A DNA stretch of 45,397 nt, from the NCBI GenBank assembly GCA_001642005.1, contig LWCA01000160.1, positions 1 through 45,397 of the forward strand, given 5' to 3'. Origin of the DNA: Intoshia linei. Taxonomy: Eukaryota; Animalia; Orthonectida. The notes under the pieces were generated by a model. It did not search any database. It saw only the letters and a program-made list of their open reading frames with translations, and was not told the DNA's origin. Made by a program: the position numbers and the translations under genes. Positions 40,235-45,397 of this stretch are shown here, in pieces (positions within the stretch are counted from its first letter, which is position 1; every line of letters starts with the position of its first letter).

Positions 40235-41003
40235 CTAGCTTGAAGATTATGTACTTACGACAAAAGGCGCCTAGATATATCTAGGCCAGACTTTTTAAGT
40301 GACGTTAACCCTTTCAAAGCCGAATTAATTATATACAACTTAACAAATATATTAAGTTTATAAATTGCTAAAAATATTAAAACCAAAGATATTACCCAAA
40401 AAAAATTGAAATTAAAAAATAATTAACCACCGTTTTCCAGAATTCATGTGAGAACTAAATTCCGGAACTGACGCCAAATTTCAAACTGAAAACAGCTACT
40501 ATCATAAATTAAGTTTGATGGATGACAAATATCCAGTTTTATACATAATACTTATTATATTATATAATAATATTTTTTTATTTTTTAGAATTGTAAAGTA
40601 ATAGCATTAAATTAAGTGGTCAATAAAATTTTTATAAAAAATTTTAAAGTGTTACTTTTAACTATTTCTGAAAGTTAGGTATATCATCCTACGTGAAATT
40701 CAAATTGTATATAATATAAAGCATAACCTTGATTAATATTAAAATAATAAAAAAATAATAATTGCAAAATATTTATAGAGTTAGTAGTTATGATCCTTTT
40801 TAAGTGATGTATCACATATGATACGTCGGATTTGAAATGGTTAAGTTGTCATTTACGATAATACTAATGATTTTAAAAACCATCCAGAATGTATGTTTTA
40901 TAAAATGCAATAATAATACTTTTTAATTTTTAAAAAAACGGGTCACTTGGGGGTTTGACCATGAAGATGTAAGTTCTCAGGTTGAGATTTGACTATAACG
41001 CTT
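40235..41003 (-). mobile_element. Helitron-like family A copy split by a piggyBac-type MITE
   Basis: 3' end motif A|CTAGCTTGAAGATTATGTACTTACGACAAAAG at 40235. Family A subrepeat sequence resumes at 40845-41003. Confidence 0.6.
40309..40840. mobile_element. Non-autonomous piggyBac-type element, 532 bp
   Basis: TTAA|CCCTTTCAAAGCCGA ... TCGGATTTGAAATGG|TTAA: a 15-bp TIR (13/15 match) with a TTAA TSD. Confidence 0.8.
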
Positions 41004-41006
41004 ACT

Positions 41007-43277
41007 CCGTATTTTTCCAATTCTTTCTTCATTTCCTCACATAATTTTGTTCTGTTTTGTTTATAGTAAATGTAGGTAAGATTTTTAAATATCTGAGCAT
41101 AATCAGTTCTACAATTTTATTTTTATGTTAAATCTATCACTGAGAATAATTACGTCATATTTTTAGAACGAGTATGCCAATTTCCAATATTGTCGTACAG
41201 TTCAACATTGGTACTTGAGTTCTATTATTTTAAATTAATATAAATCAATCATTGTTTGTATGTCGTGATGATAGTCAGTGACTGACAGACGGATCGAAGA
41301 CGCAACTTTGTTAAATCTATATTAAACCAACTAATGGAATCGATGAAAAAACCCATTTTTAATAAATAGACAATTTCATCATACTGTATAAGAAATTGTA
41401 CAAGTGTTTGGACAAAAAGAAATATTTTGGTATAGGTGTACGCTTACACATTATTAAAAATGGACAATTTATGTTACGTCTAAGAAATTAATTCTTTTCG
41501 AATTGTAATTTCTACAAATTCTTCATAGTCAATTCGAAATTCGAATCAACTAATTTAGATTATTAATTAATACCCCTTCTTTCTTTATTAAGGCTCGAAT
41601 ATAATCAATTACTGTAAAATCGTCTAAATTAATATTTAAACACGAAAAAAAATAAAAAAATAATACGTGGTTCATGGTTATATTCGCGATAGTAGAGAGT
41701 TGGTAAAATACTCATATAAATTTTTTCAGATTTCTCGTAATCTTCCATTTTCAATGACGTAAAAGCCTAAATTTTATTATCATAAAGGCTTTAAAAAAAT
41801 AAAACCATATGAATGTACAATTTATCGGCATAGTTGTGGTTTGAGTCATTTTTCTTGATAATTTCAATTCCTTGTTTATACAATTCCATAGCCTAAATAA
41901 TAATATAAACCATTTACCTATTATCAGAATGTTATATACCTTTTCATATTTTTCCATTTTTTGGTAGATCAGAGCCAAGTTACTGAGTTGTTTTGCCATA
42001 TCAGGGTGGTCTGGACCAAGTTCCTAATTGAGTAAAATTTTAAATTATGCAATAAAAACTTACATTTTTTCGAATAAAAAGAGCTTTTTGGCAACAACTT
42101 ACCGCTTCATCCAACTTACCGACTTTAACGTATAAAACAGAAATATTATTATAGGTAGAAGACAACTAAATTAGACTTTGATAAAATTTTTGAAATTACG
42201 ATACAATGTTGTGATTTTTTCCAAAACAAGCTGTTTTTATTTCGAGTGCTTCGTTCATATATTGCAAAGCCGTTTCATACATTCCACGGTCTCTAATATT
42301 AAGATTAAAAGATCTCTAAAACTAATAAAAAAAGTACCGACTCATCAATCCCAGAACGTTTAATAAAGATGCAACATCAGGATGAGTAGCGCCACATTTT
42401 TTTTTAGAATCTTCAATTGTCTGTTTAATCAGAGGTACGGCCACGTCGTATCGACCTTCCTTGGCGTATTGTGATATAAGTCTCATCAAGGTTTTCAATC
42501 TGGTTTTATTTTTAGCAGTGTTGCTATTACCTTATTTTAATTTTAAATTAAAATAGAAACCGAAAATTACTGGTTGTCGACCCCATGAAATCATCATCAT
42601 TGTTGTAATCGAAATTGGATACACATGAATTCTCAGGGCTTGAATCTGTAGTGGGTTTCTAAATATTTGAAAAATATTCAGGTTGGATTATAGTATACAA
42701 TGCTTGTTTGTTGAGTTTTTTCGGAAGCATATGTATTGGATGGGTACAATGTTTCTTGATGTTTATAATTTTTAATTTCGTTTTCCAGTTTATTTATTTT
42801 TTTGCTAAAATTGGTAATCTCATTGCAAGACTTTTGAAGTTCTTCCTTAGACCAAGCCAGCTCACGAGTGGCCAATTTGGAAATAGCTTTCAATTTAGCA
42901 TTTTCTCCTTCAAATGACTGCCACACTTTACTCAATTGGACCATGAGCTAAATTATACCATATGAGAAATAGAGCAAATGAAAGTCTGGACACTATTATT
43001 ATAAATACCTTGGTCTCTTCTATAGGTACGGTAACAGTATCATAGTTTTTTTCGTACATCGAATCTCTATCGTTATCAATTTGTTGCATCACATATTCAT
43101 TGTTTCCGAGTTCTTGTTCCATTTCTGCAAGTAAATCAGAATTTTTAATTTCATTATCAGATTGAAGAGTTTCCAATGCGCCAATAATTTCACGTGCGTC
43201 ATGGATCAATTGGTCATGTTGAAATCCCTTATTAGCACTACTTTTAAATGTTACCGATTCATTTTGATTTACCTCAT
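41007..43277 (-). CDS. KLC: Kinesin light chain, divergent; a last short exon may lie at about 40052-40072
   Basis: Heptad region LMVQLSKVWQSFEGENAKLKAISKLATRELAWSKEEL. TPRs include RLKTLMRLISQYAKEGRYDVAVPLIKQTIED...HPDVASLLNVLG, ELGPDHPDMAKQLSNLAL and YAQIFKNLTYIY. The start at 43277 is inferred through a 35-nt intron. Confidence 0.88.
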
Positions 43278-44279
43278 TAATTTTGATTATAAATATAGTT
43301 GCTTATTCGAATTCGAAAACAAACAATCCAAAATAATTATATCTATAGCAATTTATCCGTTTAAGATTTAGTTCAAGTTATACTGATAAATCTTACTAGC
43401 ACGGAATATAGATTTTGTTACATGGAATATATTTATTTATAAGTAAAATTTTGTATATTCATAATAACCACATATTTAAGGAGTGATAAGTGAAATAACT
43501 ACGGGGAATGCCAAGTCATATTAGTGGCTTTGATTTATAAGTCTTCTCAACCAATACACTGAACGCAGCAATGTTCCACACAAAATCATACTTTCAAAAG
43601 AAAGGAAAATGTACGTCTATTGAGGATCTCAACTTGATATTCTTCATTGTATTATTGACTAAAAGATCGGCTTAAATTAAGGCTTAATGAAAAAAGGGTT
43701 GATTAAAACTAATGTTGACATTGCAGAACCATGACATGACTAGGACGTACCTAAAATTTAATAGTAGATAATTATCAATTAACTCAATAATTGACTTGAT
43801 CATTAAATTCAATATTATTTTCAATTATCCTTGAGGTCACAAGAACCTATTATAACAGGTTATTGAATTATCTGTTTTAAATAATACAAGTTTAATTTTT
43901 TAAATTATATTGGTCTTTAGATGGGGAAATTTGGCTAATCCTTACTTTTTTTCAGGTCATACAAATATTTTTTAGACTACAAGTTTTTGAATTTTAAATT
44001 TTATTAACCAGGTATCCTTATTTATAAAATTTAATGTATTTCCAACTTTTATTGAAATATCAAGATAATGTTCTGCAAATAACAGATTTTTAGAAAATTG
44101 ATATGGAACGTGAAAATAGCATGCTGCGATTAATGTATCTAATATTATAAAAGGCAGATATTTTCACTAAAAATATAAAAACGAATGGATTTGAATTTTT
44201 ACATTTATTTCTAATTTATACACTTAAAAATTATTTTACAACAAAAATGATGAAACAAATGTGGGTACAAATTTACAAA

Positions 44280-45135
44280 TTAATAAGTTTGATTTACATA
44301 TTCAGGTTTTACTGAATCTGCATCTAAAAAATAATTTAAAAGAAAAAAATATAAAATAAACCATTATCGAGTGGTACTTCAGCGTCTTCTAAAAACAATA
44401 GAAAAGAATTGAAACAAAATTACCCAATAATTGATAAGGTAAAGATTTTATTTGTTCAGTTTTCAGTTTTTTATTAATGACATCTAGGACGCATTCGTGT
44501 ATGCATATATACTGGTGTTCGGTTTGAACCATACTAACACGATTATATCGTAATTCTGAAACAATTCCGAAAATATTGACTTTATTTAATTTTTTAACTT
44601 GTTGGAGTGATCTATCCAGTGCAATAAAAGCACCAGATCGGCCTACACCTGCTCTGCAATGAACTACATGAGGTGCAGTATCATAAGACATTTTTTCTCG
44701 AAAAATGTCAATAAATTCGATTAAGGATTTACACTCTTTAGGAATGCCGAAATCAGGCCAACAAGAATAGAAAAAATGTTTTATTCTCCTTTCTTCCTCG
44801 CCCTATTTATAAGGTTTACTGATATTCAATAAAATGTATACCCTTAATAATTTAAGTTCCGATACGGTATAGTCGTTATATATGGTTTTGTCGACGACGG
44901 TAATACTAATGTCATCCGAAGTAATAGTTTCATCATCGATGGGATAATACTGTTCACAACATTGCTAAAAATGTTATAAAGGTGATTAATTAAAAATTAC
45001 TCTGCCCTTTTCACTGTATTTAGTAAGCATAACAATAGATTTTGTGTCTACTTCCCATATCATTCTCCAGAAAGTGTTAACTGTTGAAGGCAAAGGGCCT
45101 TGTGTGGCAATGTATTCTTTCTTACAATTATAGCC
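44280..45135 (-). CDS. 3' part of a protein tyrosine phosphatase, probably receptor-type R3 (PTPRB/PTP10D-like); the 5' part lies beyond the window
   Basis: [47 protein letters not shown] and MVQTEHQY. There is no second (D2) domain after this one, and the protein ends PEYVNQTY* (YxN tail). Confidence 0.9.
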
Positions 45136-45397
45136 CTAATATTCAAAATAAAAAAAATTAAATTATTTCACATTAGATAAAACGTATCACAAAATGCAAT
45201 TATGTTATTAGTCCTTAATTACACTAGACAACAAAAAAAAACTTTTTTCGAGGATCTGCATGAGACCCATACAAATAAAAAGCTGAAATTTTTTTGATCA
45301 CCATGATACTTCTCTTTTTAATTTTACAGTTCGCTATCAAAAAATAATGATTGACAACATCATAGCAACTAAGCTATTTCAATTAATTTTAGTTTCT

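Overview
This is very AT-rich eukaryotic (metazoan-like) genomic DNA, not prokaryotic. Genes are split by many tiny GT-AG introns of about 30-45 nt, so most ORF-track entries are single exons, exon read-throughs or antisense shadows. The AT richness, micro-introns, fast-evolving animal proteins and a ciliary gene would fit a reduced invertebrate genome such as the orthonectid Intoshia, but that is inference. Recognisable genes are an asteroid/XPG-type PIN nuclease, an SH3BGR-like protein, mitochondrial ATPase inhibitor IF1, TTC29, a glutamine synthetase II homologue, CDC5L, an 876-aa LRR protein with an intronless CDS, kinesin light chain and the 3' part of an R3-like receptor tyrosine phosphatase. 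Several orphan or decaying genes are also present. Intergenic DNA and the large introns hold non-autonomous transposons, often nested: a Helitron-like family, several hAT MITEs with 8-bp TSDs, a piggyBac-type MITE with TTAA TSDs and a pogo/Tigger relic. The most interesting signal is the GS homologue. It keeps its metal and glutamate ligands but has lost the ammonium-site residues (D63, S66 and the E305 flap), paralleling bacterial gamma-glutamyl-amine ligases. Also notable are a tightly packed co-oriented IF1-SH3BGRL-asteroid cluster (operon candidate) and a Helitron-in-Helitron insertion that mimics terminal inverted repeats.
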